A stretch of DNA of 63,899 nucleotides, filler included, from 5 parts of 5 records of this genome joined end to end with filler, not necessarily neighbours in it, one strand, 5' to 3'; counted from the whole stretch's first letter, positions 39,372 to 50,233 are shown. The notes: a model not told the origin generated them from the sequence alone. Program-made: numbers and translations.

Positions 39372-40604
39372 TTGCCTGTATTTGAATATAAAGCATTAAA
39401 CGGGGACGGTAGAAAAATATCAGGTATCCTGGATGCCGACAGTAAAGCGACAGCTACCCGGAAATTGAAAGCTCAATCTTTATACCCGTTTAATCTCTAT
39501 AAGTTGGAAGCATCCAAGCCCAGGGAACAAAGTCGTATCAAAGGGCAGAGATTCTTTAACCTTTTTTCGCGGATTGGATTTGCAGAGGTTGCCATGATTA
39601 CCCGATTATTGTCGACTTTAATATCTGCCGGCTTTCCATTAATCGATGCTGTGAGCGCGGTTGCAAAACAGACCGACAATAGGGCCTTTCACCGCGTTTT
39701 ATCCCAGGTAAAGGATAAAATTGAACAAGGAAACAGTTTTTCAGAGGCCTTGTCCGTGTATCCGGGTGTTTTTTCTTCGGTTTACATCAATATGGTTGCC
39801 GCTGGCGAGTCTTCGGGGACTCTAGATATTGTTTTAGAAAGACTGGCAGATTTTGCAGAGAACAGAGAAAAAACACAAAAAAAAATAGGCGCTTCCCTGG
39901 CCTATCCGATCATTATGGCTTTAATCGGCGCCCTTGTTCTCACCATCCTTATGATATACATAGTGCCAGGGATCGTTTCTATCTTTTCGGATATGAATCA
40001 TGATTTACCCTTACCCACAATAATTCTGATTTCCATTAGTGATTTTTTTATTTCATTCTGGTGGGCCGTATTGGCTTCTCCACTTGTGATGACGCTGATT
40101 ATTTACGGAATCCGTCAAACGAAAAAGGGCCTGTTAATAACGGACCGGCTCGTATTAAGGCTGCCGATTGCAGGACCTTTGATGCAAAAGCTGGTGGCGG
40201 CAAGGCTTTCAAGGACCCTGGGTTCCCTTTTGGAAAATGGGGTTCCCATGTTAACGGCTTTGAAAATTTCTAAAAATGTGGCTGGCAACAAAATCATATC
40301 AAATTTGATTGAAACTGCTGCAGATAAGGTTGAAAAGGGGGGAGAACTTGGCAATGCTTTGACCACTTCTCCATATTTTCCCGGGTTGGCAATTCAAATG
40401 ATTCAGGTAGGGGAAAAGAGCGGCAAGATGGAAGGTATGCTGAAAAAAACAGCAGATCTTTTTGACAATCAGGTTGAATCCTCCATTACTGCAGCCACAG
40501 CTCTCATTGAACCCATGATCATTCTGTTCATGGGAGTCGTTGTGGGGCTCATCATTATGGCCATATGCCTGCCCATTGTCGAGATTAACCAAATCATTGT
40601 TTAA
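39372..40604 (+). CDS. gspF: Type II secretion inner membrane platform protein F
   Basis: MPVFEYKAL start; AGESSGTLD, SLAYP, VGEKSG and LIEP motifs; two T2SSF repeats. Confidence 0.93.
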   Translation: MPVFEYKALNGDGRKISGILDADSKATATRKLKAQSLYPFNLYKLEASKPREQSRIKGQRFFNLFSRIGFAEVAMITRLLSTLISAGFPLIDAVSAVAKQTDNRAFHRVLSQVKDKIEQGNSFSEALSVYPGVFSSVYINMVAAGESSGTLDIVLERLADFAENREKTQKKIGASLAYPIIMALIGALVLTILMIYIVPGIVSIFSDMNHDLPLPTIILISISDFFISFWWAVLASPLVMTLIIYGIRQTKKGLLITDRLVLRLPIAGPLMQKLVAARLSRTLGSLLENGVPMLTALKISKNVAGNKIISNLIETAADKVEKGGELGNALTTSPYFPGLAIQMIQVGEKSGKMEGMLKKTADLFDNQVESSITAATALIEPMIILFMGVVVGLIIMAICLPIVEINQIIV

Positions 40605-40608
40605 TCCG

Positions 40609-41559
40609 TTAAAAGGAATGGTTCAGCGTCAAGACATAAGAATTGTTCACAGGATTAATCCGGGCACTCAACCCAAAACTTTGATTCAAAATTTTTATTT
40701 GTTGAGACCTGTTATATTTATGGGCGGATGAGATAGATCCATAGATATTACCGGCATAGAATCCCGATTCAACAAAGGTGATAATGCCCCCTAAGGCGGG
40801 ATTGTCTTTGTTGAACGCATCATAGGCCGCATACATTAAGCCGGCATTAAGGCAGAATGTAACAAAGGCATCCTTATATCGTTCACAGTACAAAAATCCG
40901 CCTCCGGGGATGATCGCAAGGATTCCGGACAGGGCAGGGCTCTTGGCCGGAGCCTCTTTGGCATGGGCTATGGTGTCCAGTTGGGCAGGGATATTATATT
41001 CATCTTTGCTATCCGGGCTGATCATGGTTAAATATTGTTCGGCCTCATCTAGGCCGGCTTTGTTTAAATTCCGGAATTCCCTGATATGGATACGGGCCAG
41101 TTCCAAGTAGATTTTATCTTTTGTTTTGGTATCCTTGGTTAATTTCAAATAGTTTTGAAGCACCAATTGGGCATATCCGGCATTGCCCATGGCTAGAAAC
41201 GATTTACTCTGCATAAAATAGGATTCCCGGATAAATGAATTTTCATTTCCGGCTTCACGTATCAAGGTGTTAAAAAGGCGGGCGGCATCATTGAACTGAT
41301 CTGAATGGTACAATGATACGGCCGCTTTGAATTTTGCTTCTTCTGTTCGAGAATGATCCGGGAAAAAATGGGCAAAGCGTTTAAACTCGACCTGGGCTGT
41401 CATATAATCTTGTTCCCGGAACAATTTGTCCGCATATGAAAATTGGAGCCCGGGAGTTATAACCAGGCCGGGCAGTGGCCCGGCAACAGCATACCCATGC
41501 CCCAAAAGCGTCAGCAGAAAAACAATTAACAAAGGTTTGGATGTATTAAATGGGGTCAT
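40609..41559 (-). CDS. Exported TPR protein with C-terminal hydrophobic (TM2-like) region
   Basis: Signal peptide; TPR-like helices (EFKRF, A..K.A..LY); KSPALSGILAIIPGGGFLY motif. Confidence 0.7.
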   Translation of the reverse strand: MTPFNTSKPLLIVFLLTLLGHGYAVAGPLPGLVITPGLQFSYADKLFREQDYMTAQVEFKRFAHFFPDHSRTEEAKFKAAVSLYHSDQFNDAARLFNTLIREAGNENSFIRESYFMQSKSFLAMGNAGYAQLVLQNYLKLTKDTKTKDKIYLELARIHIREFRNLNKAGLDEAEQYLTMISPDSKDEYNIPAQLDTIAHAKEAPAKSPALSGILAIIPGGGFLYCERYKDAFVTFCLNAGLMYAAYDAFNKDNPALGGIITFVESGFYAGNIYGSISSAHKYNRSQQIKILNQSFGLSARINPVNNSYVLTLNHSF

Positions 41560-41939
41560 TGAGCCGGCGTGTCGGTGGTTTTTGTGTTGTCAAACCACCA
41601 GAAATCATTATGGCTGACAGGGTCAAACACATATTCATTATTTTTGATCCGGATGCGGGATGAAATATCAGCCTCATCCCTTCCGCAACGGACCAAACGG
41701 TCACAAGCCATTATCCAGCCAAGGGCCAGGCCGTGTTTTTTGATTGCCCGGTCAGCGTATTCTGAACAGGAGGGTGTCATGGGGCATCTGCCCCCGTCTG
41801 CCGCAGAAATGTGAGACTGATAAAACTCTATGAAAAAGTTCTTCGATGGCTTGTCCTCTGCCGCGGCCGGTAAGATGATACTAGTCATCAGCATTGAACT
41901 TAAAATCAAAAGAACGGGCAATTTAATTTTGGGTAACAC
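41556..41939 (-). CDS. YidD-family (membrane insertion efficiency / haemolytic domain) protein with signal-like N-terminus
   Basis: FYQSHIS, CPMTPSCSEY, AIKKHG and DRLVRC motifs. Confidence 0.8.
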   Translation of the reverse strand: MLPKIKLPVLLILSSMLMTSIILPAAAEDKPSKNFFIEFYQSHISAADGGRCPMTPSCSEYADRAIKKHGLALGWIMACDRLVRCGRDEADISSRIRIKNNEYVFDPVSHNDFWWFDNTKTTDTPAQ

Positions 41940-43608
41940 GAAGGACCTCCGCTATGGTTGTGATGCCTTGACGAACTTTTTCCAGGCCGTCCTGCCTTAA
42001 AGTCTGCATCCCTTTTTTTATGGCCGCATCTCTGATCACATTGGAATCCGAGGTTGCCAGGATTATGTTTTTCAACTCATCATCCAGATCAATGATTTCA
42101 AAAATGGCCTGTCTTCCTGAATATCCGGTATTAAAACATGCGGAGCAGCCGCCGGCCTTGTATACGGTTGTTCCCACCAATTGTTCTCCGGTTTCACCTA
42201 AGGATTTTACATCCTCGTATTTAAGCTGGTTTTTTTCACGGCAGTTTGTACACAGAACCCTGACCAGCCGCTGGGCTATTATGGTATTCACAGAGGAACA
42301 TATCAAATAAGGCTCAATACCAAGGTCAACCAGTCGCGTGACGGCTCCGGGCGCATCGTTGGTATGAAGGGTGGAAAACACCAAATGCCCTGTCAGGGCG
42401 GACTGAATTGCGATTGTTGCTGTTTCGATGTCCCGGATTTCCCCAATGAGGATGACATCCGGATCCTGCCGGACAATGGATTTCAGCCCCTTGGCAAAGG
42501 TGACGCCGGTTTTGGGGTTAACCTGTATTTGCCCGATCCGTTCTATGTTGTATTCAATAGGATCCTCAATGGTGATGATGTTTTTATCGGGAGAATTAAT
42601 TTCCGACAGCCCTGCGTAAAGGGTGGTTGTTTTTCCGCTTCCCGTCGGACCTGTAACAAGAACGATGCCGTGGGTCTGCCTGATAATCGTTTTTAAATGG
42701 GACAGCCTGGCCCGGGGCATTCCGAATTCAGACAATGAGAGAAGAGAGCCGGATTTGTTGAGCAGTCTCATTACCAGCCGCTCTCCAAATTCCGTAGGGA
42801 CTGTGGAAATCCGTAAATCGATTTCCTGGTCTCCTATTCTGACCTGGGCCCTGCCGTCCTGGGGGACTCGTTTTTCCGCGATATTCATTCCCGCCATCAC
42901 CTTAATTCTTGAGATGAGCGCGCTTTGGACTCCCTTGGGAGGGTGGAGTGTTTCATACAGGAGTCCGTCAATCCGATATCGGATTATCACCTGGTCATGA
43001 AACGGTTCAACATGAATATCACTGGCACTGGCTTTGACCGCCTGGGAGATCATATGATTTACCAGCCGGATCACCGGGGCATCACTGGTGTCGTCCAGAA
43101 GGTCCTCTATTTCTCCGATGTCCTCAAAGGAGGTCAGTTCATTGTCTTCCATATTTTCAACCAGTTGGCGGGCCTGGTCTTCAGAATGGTCATAAAAGGC
43201 GTTGATTGCAGATAAGATTTCCTGTTTAGGCGATAGGATTAATTTATAATCCTTTTTTTTCAGTATATGCATAAGATCATCGGGAGGACTAAGATCCGAA
43301 GGATCATTCACGGCTATTGCAAAAGCATTCTTCTTATGTGCCGGTACCAGACAGTATTTTTTAAGAAAGGATTTTGAAACCTGCCGGGTCCACTCTTTTT
43401 TTGGGGGGATTGAAATGGCCGGAGAATAATCAATGTTGTAGACCCCGGCCAAAGCCGTGAGAACGGAATGTTCAGACACCAGCTTGGATTTAACGGCCGC
43501 TTTGGTTAACCGGGTTCTGTTGTCCAACAGCAGATTGAGCAGTTTCTCCTTGTCTGCCCCGGATAAAGCCTCTTTTTCGGAAATGATGGTAACCAGTGTT
43601 TCTATCAT
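41923..43608 (-). CDS. gspE: Type II secretion ATPase E
   Basis: ASDIHVEP, GPTGSGKTTT, TIEDPIEY, RQDPDVILIGEIRD, STLHTND and a tetracysteine motif. Confidence 0.95.
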   Translation of the reverse strand: MIETLVTIISEKEALSGADKEKLLNLLLDNRTRLTKAAVKSKLVSEHSVLTALAGVYNIDYSPAISIPPKKEWTRQVSKSFLKKYCLVPAHKKNAFAIAVNDPSDLSPPDDLMHILKKKDYKLILSPKQEILSAINAFYDHSEDQARQLVENMEDNELTSFEDIGEIEDLLDDTSDAPVIRLVNHMISQAVKASASDIHVEPFHDQVIIRYRIDGLLYETLHPPKGVQSALISRIKVMAGMNIAEKRVPQDGRAQVRIGDQEIDLRISTVPTEFGERLVMRLLNKSGSLLSLSEFGMPRARLSHLKTIIRQTHGIVLVTGPTGSGKTTTLYAGLSEINSPDKNIITIEDPIEYNIERIGQIQVNPKTGVTFAKGLKSIVRQDPDVILIGEIRDIETATIAIQSALTGHLVFSTLHTNDAPGAVTRLVDLGIEPYLICSSVNTIIAQRLVRVLCTNCREKNQLKYEDVKSLGETGEQLVGTTVYKAGGCSACFNTGYSGRQAIFEIIDLDDELKNIILATSDSNVIRDAAIKKGMQTLRQDGLEKVRQGITTIAEVLRVTQN

Positions 43609-45581
43609 TTTGTTTTCCCGGTATTTTTTTGTCCTAGCGTATCAATTTTTTTAAAAAGACTGACCTCTCCTTTTTTGATGCTCGGTTTTAGGGATTCCTT
43701 TTTTGCATCGTATAGTTGTTTTGCTTCGGTGGGGTTTTTGATGACTCTAGGGGTTAGAAAAACATAGAGATTTGTCTTTTCTTCACCTTCATTTACGGTT
43801 TTAAAGGCCCATCCGAGACCGGGCAGATCTCCAAGGCAGGGGGTTTTATTTTCCGACCGGGTCAGGGTTTCGTCTATAAGCCCTCCGATTACAACCGAAT
43901 GGGAATCTTCTACAATAATAGTGGTTTCAATTTCACGCTTGAAGGTTGTCGGGCGGTCCGGACTGCTTTGATTGACAGTATCAAGTTTAGTGAGCTTCTG
44001 GTACACATCCAGCCGAACCAGTCGTTCTTTGGAAATCTGGGGCGTAATTTTCAGGCTGATTCCCACATCTTTGTATTCATACGAACTATAGGTCTCTGAT
44101 GATGATTCTGCAGCAGATCTCGTCTGGTAGGGGACGTTTTTGCCCACGGAAATCACGGCTTCTTCATTTTCCGTGGTCAAAATTTGGGGGGTGGCAAGGA
44201 TATTCACGTCTTCGTCGGATTGAAACGCATTTACAACAGCCTGAATATCCGGGAATGTGACCCCTCCGATATTGAAACTTTTACCCATAACTCCCAAAGA
44301 GAACCCCTTGGGCAGACTACCGTCGGAAGCAACGCCGCCAATATTGGCGTATCCGCTGTCTCCTGTACCGCCAAATCCCCCAAAGCCCACTTTTTCACCA
44401 CCGCTGAAAGATTGAGAGGTTTTCCATTCTGTTCCGATATTTAACCCTTTGGTGACGTTCACTTCCATAATAAGACACTCTATGAAAACCATGGCTCTCG
44501 GGATATCCAATTTGGCAATCACATCTTCCAACACCGGATAGTCTTCTTTCTCTGCCATGATGATCAATGAATTGGTTGCCTTGTCCGCATTGATATGCAC
44601 TGTTTGAGAAAGAATGGGGGCTTGTTTTTTCCCGGTTTTTTTATTATTTCCGGTTTTAGTCGGGATCTGTTGAAGCACCTTGACCATTTCTTCCGCAATA
44701 GCGTGTTCAAGATAATATACCCGGATGCGTTCTTCCCCTTTTGGTACCTGTTGATCCAAAAGAGCGACCAATTTTGTGATCCGCTCTGTCTCAACCTTTG
44801 ATGCAAGAAGAATGACGCTGTTTGTCCGTTCGTCTGCGGTAAGGTGGACCATAAGGTTTGAGTCCTTTTTCCCTTTTTCCTCTTTAACCCTTGCTGCAAA
44901 TACCGCAGAAAGGGTTTTAACAAGCTTTTCAGCATTGGCATTACGGATGGGAATAATGGAAATTTTTTTGCCGATATTGGGAATGTCAATGGAGCGGATT
45001 ATTTTAAGAAGCCTGTCAATGCTGGACAATGTCGCTGTCACAATCAGCATGTTGGTATCTTTGTAGGACAGCATAATACTGCCTTTGGGTAAAAGCGGCG
45101 CCAGCAGCGTTTTAAGTTCTCCCGAGTCCGCATATTCCAGGGGAATAAGCCTTGTAACCATCCTGTCTGCCGCTGTTTCCGGGCCACCGACAACCCGGGT
45201 GTCGATATTGTCTGACTTTGCGCTGGGAGCCGGGACTATTTTTATTACTTTTCCGGATGTCACCGTTGAAAAACCGTGGATTTCAAGCACGGATTCAAAT
45301 ACCTGAAACGCTTCTCCAATGGATATTTTCGTCGGTGAAATGACGGTAACCTTTCCTTTTACCCGGCTATCCAATACAAAATTTTTTCCGGTGAGCTTAC
45401 TGATGAATTTCACAAAGACCTTAATGTCCACGTTGTCGAAATCAATGGATATCCTGCCTTGGGCGGGCGCTTTTTCACATTGACCGGGGGCGGGATCAAG
45501 CAATATGCAGAAAGCCGGTAAAATCGTTAAAAGTATCAGAAAAGCAGAATGTTTTGAGAGCAAACTACGAAAACCGTGCAT
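43605..45581 (-). CDS. gspD: Type II secretion secretin D
   Basis: N0-N3 domains (DERTNSVI, DKATNSLII); secretin motifs PQILTTENEEA and PCLGDLPGLGWAF. Confidence 0.95.
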   Translation of the reverse strand: MHGFRSLLSKHSAFLILLTILPAFCILLDPAPGQCEKAPAQGRISIDFDNVDIKVFVKFISKLTGKNFVLDSRVKGKVTVISPTKISIGEAFQVFESVLEIHGFSTVTSGKVIKIVPAPSAKSDNIDTRVVGGPETAADRMVTRLIPLEYADSGELKTLLAPLLPKGSIMLSYKDTNMLIVTATLSSIDRLLKIIRSIDIPNIGKKISIIPIRNANAEKLVKTLSAVFAARVKEEKGKKDSNLMVHLTADERTNSVILLASKVETERITKLVALLDQQVPKGEERIRVYYLEHAIAEEMVKVLQQIPTKTGNNKKTGKKQAPILSQTVHINADKATNSLIIMAEKEDYPVLEDVIAKLDIPRAMVFIECLIMEVNVTKGLNIGTEWKTSQSFSGGEKVGFGGFGGTGDSGYANIGGVASDGSLPKGFSLGVMGKSFNIGGVTFPDIQAVVNAFQSDEDVNILATPQILTTENEEAVISVGKNVPYQTRSAAESSSETYSSYEYKDVGISLKITPQISKERLVRLDVYQKLTKLDTVNQSSPDRPTTFKREIETTIIVEDSHSVVIGGLIDETLTRSENKTPCLGDLPGLGWAFKTVNEGEEKTNLYVFLTPRVIKNPTEAKQLYDAKKESLKPSIKKGEVSLFKKIDTLGQKNTGKTK

Positions 45582-45589
45582 ATTGTTAT

Positions 45590-46441
45590 CTATTCCTTTT
45601 GTCCGCTGTAAACAAGTTCATGGGACCGTCCCCTTCTGAACATTGAAATCCGGATGTCCGATTCAGAATCAAGGTTGAGGGAGTGAAGGTCATGGGCGGT
45701 TTTGATTTTTCTGCCGTTTACACCCTCTATAATATCTCCGTTTTTTATGCCAAGTGCTTCAATCTCAGATCCCGGACGTATTCCGTAAATCAACACCCCG
45801 GCAGGTACTCCCTTCTTCAGGTAAGGCCTTGCCTTCATGGTTCCCATCAGTTCGTTTATATTTGATTGTGTTCCTTGGGCAAGAATTTCGGATGGTGGAT
45901 CAGGGGGGGGGGCGGCCGTGCTCACAGCCCCCTGAGCAGGAGGAGGGGCGTCTGCTGTATTGGCTTCGAGGATTTGATCCTTTCCCCTTACATTCAGCAC
46001 AACCTGGTTTCTGGTGATTTTTTTAATCTCAGCTCCCTGAATTCGATCCCCGACCTTGACCAGAGACTGGTTATGGTTGGCTTGATCCTCAATTACCGCC
46101 CAGCTGTCCGATGTGGTTTCTCCTGCCGCCGTCCCCCAAAGTATCAGTCTTAATTTGGTTTTTTCCGGTTTGGATTTAACCGGTTCCATGGCTTTATTAA
46201 TTGAGGATCTGTTTGTGGCCGCCTTGAAAAGGTTCCGTTGGAGAATGGAACCCATCTGTTTTTTTTCCGGATGTCTGCTGCTGACTTCCGCAGTCTTACC
46301 CGGGTTGGAATCCTGTGTCCGGATTTTTTGCTTTGCCATTGCATATTTGAAAGAAGGGGCGTCCGGGCGAATGAATTCAATCCCCTGGAATACAACAAAC
46401 ACCGCAAGGCCTATATTTAATCCCAGTAACAAGGCCTTCAT
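45590..46441 (-). CDS. gspC: Type II secretion protein C (HR + PDZ)
   Basis: N-terminal TM; LWGT..AVIED HR domain; PDZ-like LGIKNGDII; positioned before gspD. Confidence 0.85.
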   Translation of the reverse strand: MKALLLGLNIGLAVFVVFQGIEFIRPDAPSFKYAMAKQKIRTQDSNPGKTAEVSSRHPEKKQMGSILQRNLFKAATNRSSINKAMEPVKSKPEKTKLRLILWGTAAGETTSDSWAVIEDQANHNQSLVKVGDRIQGAEIKKITRNQVVLNVRGKDQILEANTADAPPPAQGAVSTAAPPPDPPSEILAQGTQSNINELMGTMKARPYLKKGVPAGVLIYGIRPGSEIEALGIKNGDIIEGVNGRKIKTAHDLHSLNLDSESDIRISMFRRGRSHELVYSGQKE

Positions 46442-46977
46442 ATTTTTTTCCCCTTTGGGGTCAGTGTCTGGACTTCAATAACAGCGTCCAGAAATTTTTT
46501 TTCTTTACCGGATTTATCAAGCAAAAGATAGGTTATACGGATCCCTTCTTCCGACTCCACCTTTTTTAAAAAAATTAAAAACTCTTTGAGTACAATTTTC
46601 TTGAGTTTGAGTTTTACAGAAGACAGGTCATAATCGCTGTTTTTTAAAATTTTTTTTGAGGGCTGCATATAGTCGATATTATTTTTAATGCCAGTGCCCG
46701 AAGTTTGCTGGTCTATAAAAGAAAACAAGGTGAATTTTCGGTCCCGTTTTTGTATGAAACCACTATCTTTGTCCGGGGAGGGCTTAAGGCTCCGGTATTC
46801 TTTTTCCAGAAGCCGGATTTTATCCAAGGCTTCTATTTTTGCCGCCAATACATTTTGCAGATCTGCCTTCTGGTCGTAGGCAGGCAGATAAATGAACTGA
46901 ACAACAATAAAAACAAGAAAGAAAAATCCACCGCCCAGCACCGTTATTTTTTCCCTTGAAGAGAGTCTATCCATCAT
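46438..46977 (-). CDS. gspM: Type II secretion protein M
   Basis: LSSREK followed by a TM and coiled coil; positioned after gspL. Confidence 0.78.
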   Translation of the reverse strand: MMDRLSSREKITVLGGGFFFLVFIVVQFIYLPAYDQKADLQNVLAAKIEALDKIRLLEKEYRSLKPSPDKDSGFIQKRDRKFTLFSFIDQQTSGTGIKNNIDYMQPSKKILKNSDYDLSSVKLKLKKIVLKEFLIFLKKVESEEGIRITYLLLDKSGKEKKFLDAVIEVQTLTPKGKKI

Positions 46978-48428
46978 AGCTCCACGATAAATTTAAACCG
47001 GACATGATGACCGGTTTTATCCGATTTGGCACTGTTTATATTGACGGTTTTGAAGCCAGGGGCCTTTTCCATAAGGCTTTTTATTTTATCCACATCATTA
47101 AAATTTGTTGTGCTGCCGGTTATAACCAGTCGATTATTGTTGAATCCCAACCTTGTTATTTCCATATCGATTGGTGGCGGAATCCGGCTGGACAAATCAG
47201 AGAGTATTTTTAAAATGCCCGTGTGATTATTGGCCCGCCATGCAATGTCTTCCGCCGAATTTGTTTTTCCTTCCCTGGCTTTTTTAACTTTGGACTCCAT
47301 AAAAAGTAATGGCGCCTGGATTGGTTTCCGGTGGGGCCGGGGAAAGGTCTTTTCATAAACGGCAACGGCCTCTTGATGAACCTGGGAGATATTTTCCTTT
47401 AAAACAACAGTTTGACGGTGGAGATGGGCAAGGTTTAAGCTAAAAATCATAAACACCAGGCAGGTAAGGGTCAAAAGCCTGTTTTTGTGCCGCCCGAAAA
47501 AAGAATCTGCCCTATAGCGTCCAACACAAAAATTAAACATAAACGGCAGGGAAAGGTTTAAGTTTTTGGGCCAGAGTTCCATCTCCTGTGTTTCCATAGC
47601 CCCGGCAAACCTTATGTCATGATTGGCTGACGCCACTGCCTTATGAATCTGCTCCTGTATAACCTGACAATTTCCGGGAACAGAGAATTTTATATCCAGG
47701 GCGGTAAAGACCTTCTTGTTTAAGCCGGCCCGGATGTCGGCACCGGCCAGGGTCCTGTGGACTGCTTCAACCAATGCCGGATAATCAATCTGTGAACCGT
47801 CGGGCCCCTTAATAAAACCAGCCAGAGATCTTATGACCAAAGGCTGTCTGTCAATGATCAAAGTCAGCGTGGTCTCCTCCGGGGCCATATGGACGTGGAG
47901 TATATTCGTTAACTTTCTTTGGTCTGCCAGCAACGCCATTGCATGTGTGCATCCCCTCGGTATCATCATCTTTGGGGAAATTTTCCGGGATGCCAGGCCT
48001 GAAAAAATCTCTTCTACTCTTTCTTCTGCCAGGCTGCCGGACAGAACCAGGGATTGGTCTTTTTTAAACTGCAGGTTGAGAATATGAAAGTCCAAGAGCG
48101 TTTCGGTTTCAGGAAAAGGATATGATGATTTAAGTTCAAACGACAGGACCTTCTCAATCTTTTTTTTATGATTAAACGGAAAGCTGTTATGCCTGAACCA
48201 TACCCAGGAGGACGGAATCGTCACAAGGGCGTGATCACACCCCGACAAACGATCCTCTTCAAATAGATGGGCCAGTGCACGTTGGAACAACGAAGAGGTG
48301 TGTGCCTCATCTTCGCCTGATAATGTGTCGTAGTCTATGACAGAAAACGGACCGATTGATCCGGCAGTTCCTAGGGCTGCCGATATGCCTGTGTCATAAA
48401 TATTTAGGTATAAACAGGGCTTTGCCAC
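46974..48428 (-). CDS. gspL: Type II secretion protein L (PilM/PilN-like)
   Basis: Cytoplasmic actin-like region (FPFNHKKKIEKVLSFEL), TM, and PilN-like C-terminus. Confidence 0.8.
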   Translation of the reverse strand: MAKPCLYLNIYDTGISAALGTAGSIGPFSVIDYDTLSGEDEAHTSSLFQRALAHLFEEDRLSGCDHALVTIPSSWVWFRHNSFPFNHKKKIEKVLSFELKSSYPFPETETLLDFHILNLQFKKDQSLVLSGSLAEERVEEIFSGLASRKISPKMMIPRGCTHAMALLADQRKLTNILHVHMAPEETTLTLIIDRQPLVIRSLAGFIKGPDGSQIDYPALVEAVHRTLAGADIRAGLNKKVFTALDIKFSVPGNCQVIQEQIHKAVASANHDIRFAGAMETQEMELWPKNLNLSLPFMFNFCVGRYRADSFFGRHKNRLLTLTCLVFMIFSLNLAHLHRQTVVLKENISQVHQEAVAVYEKTFPRPHRKPIQAPLLFMESKVKKAREGKTNSAEDIAWRANNHTGILKILSDLSSRIPPPIDMEITRLGFNNNRLVITGSTTNFNDVDKIKSLMEKAPGFKTVNINSAKSDKTGHHVRFKFIVEL

Positions 48429-49541
48429 CTAATCGTCCTTTTCTATTTGAAGAATCCTGCATGACCATTCACCAGATATTTTATCTTTGGTCCTGTGTAT
48501 CAGGGCCGTAAGGGTTGTCCTGACTTGATTGACGGTTGACTGGGACCTGACGCTGAACAGATCACTATCATATCGTGCCACACGAACTAAATCGGATTTC
48601 TCTTTTTCAGACAGTTCTATAACCTGTGTCACCCACCCCTTGTCAAGGGAATTGGTATAGATATCCCCCCCTTCGGCCTTTTCTTTTCTAAAGCTTGCAA
48701 GCTCTTCTGCCTGCTCTGATGCATGCAACGGCAACAGAGCCCTGAGCACCTCCGGGGGAGCGGTGTTGATGTTTATCTTTCCCGGGAACCTATACGTGTC
48801 CCGAGACATATTCTCAGTCTCTATCCCATGTACCGTAATAAGATTTTCCGGAATTATGTTTTCAAGATCAGTATCCGGCTCAGGATCATCCTGATTTATT
48901 CTGAACAGATCCGGGGTAATGCCTTTGACCATAAAAATTTCTGAAATATGGGTAAAGGGTCCGTTTGTACACCGGTATGGGGGATCCAGAGAAAGATAAT
49001 AGTCGGATTCCGCACCGGAGAGTCCGGAAACCGCATCGTCATCCCGGCTGTCGAGCCAATCTTTAAGGCAATTTGCCAAGGCCTCCGGATCCTCGGCCAG
49101 AGGGTCGAAAAACCGTTTCCATATCCGGAATTGATCCGGATTCAATTCCCGTCCCGGGTATTCCTTTATGAGGGAATTAATCTGAATTTTCCCAAGTTCA
49201 TCCCGGATTTCCAGTATGAGGTCGTCCTTGCTATACCCCAAATTCTGAACTGCCCGGGCCAGTTTTTCCGGCCTGGCCCAGTCTTCCTGAACAGAATCCG
49301 TTTCAGATTCGGCGGCATCATTTGTCAGAATTGCCACTGCCAGATGGATACCGGCCATGGACTGCTCTTTGGCCATAAAACCATCTGCATTATGGCCGGA
49401 TGTCAGGGCGGATCTGCCGGTTGTTTTGGCCAGTTCAAACCCCAGTATCAAAAGAACCGACATCACAGAAAGCACAATCAATAGCGCCATGCCCGAATGA
49501 TTGTCCCAAAAAAAAGGGTGAAAGCGATAGGGATTTTTCAT
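48429..49541 (-). CDS. gspK: Minor pseudopilin K
   Basis: G|MALLIVL cleavage site; DELGKIQIN, DWLDSRDD and ININTA motifs. Confidence 0.9.
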   Translation of the reverse strand: MKNPYRFHPFFWDNHSGMALLIVLSVMSVLLILGFELAKTTGRSALTSGHNADGFMAKEQSMAGIHLAVAILTNDAAESETDSVQEDWARPEKLARAVQNLGYSKDDLILEIRDELGKIQINSLIKEYPGRELNPDQFRIWKRFFDPLAEDPEALANCLKDWLDSRDDDAVSGLSGAESDYYLSLDPPYRCTNGPFTHISEIFMVKGITPDLFRINQDDPEPDTDLENIIPENLITVHGIETENMSRDTYRFPGKININTAPPEVLRALLPLHASEQAEELASFRKEKAEGGDIYTNSLDKGWVTQVIELSEKEKSDLVRVARYDSDLFSVRSQSTVNQVRTTLTALIHRTKDKISGEWSCRILQIEKDD

Positions 49542-50233
49542 TCTTCTATTATCCTGCTGACGGGAATATTGACAAGGGTTTCAACTATATTCTCAGGGGT
49601 GTCGCTTTTACTCACCCGGATCTTTATCTGTGACGGTAAGGAAAAATTAAAATCTTCATCCCCACTATCCCATGTCTGATGCTCATTGCCTTTATTATCA
49701 TAAAAGATCAGGTCAAATTCCTGGACATCCATGAACAGAACGGGGGCTGAACATTTTTTTTCAAAATCGTTTTCATTATAGGTTTCAGGATAGCTGTCCG
49801 CCCGGTGAATATGGATGCCTTCCCCGTGGCGTACAGCATAATAGGTAATGCGGGTGATTCCGGGTGGATTGTGATACGGGTTTGAAAATTGTACCTTATT
49901 GGTACTGGTAAAGCTTAAAAAAGAAACGGATGCACCGTTGATGTCTTCTTTTCCCGCCGTAAATTGAAATTTTGATGTATCCCCGGATTTGTCTGACGCT
50001 TGTTGAAACCGAGGCGGCTGAAGGACAAAAACCTGTTCCAGATCATCTGCCATGATATTTAATGCAAGCCCGTAATTTTGCCGTCTTTGGTTATGGGCCT
50101 TTATCATGTCTCCTGAAGATGTAAATGCATTAAATGATGAAAACAGCGTCAGCATCAGAACTGAGAATATAGTCAATGCCACCAGTACTTCCACAAGGGT
50201 AAAGCCCGTGTTTTTTTTGATTCTAGCGGGCAT
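49538..50233 (-). CDS. gspJ: Minor pseudopilin J
   Basis: Class III signal G|FTLVEVLVAL; gene order. Confidence 0.85.
   Translation of the reverse strand: MPARIKKNTGFTLVEVLVALTIFSVLMLTLFSSFNAFTSSGDMIKAHNQRRQNYGLALNIMADDLEQVFVLQPPRFQQASDKSGDTSKFQFTAGKEDINGASVSFLSFTSTNKVQFSNPYHNPPGITRITYYAVRHGEGIHIHRADSYPETYNENDFEKKCSAPVLFMDVQEFDLIFYDNKGNEHQTWDSGDEDFNFSLPSQIKIRVSKSDTPENIVETLVNIPVSRIIEE

Noticed and set aside
38916-39372. T2SS-RHS locus as an island integrated at dif
   Set aside because: An artificial spacer separates the two, so they are on different contigs.
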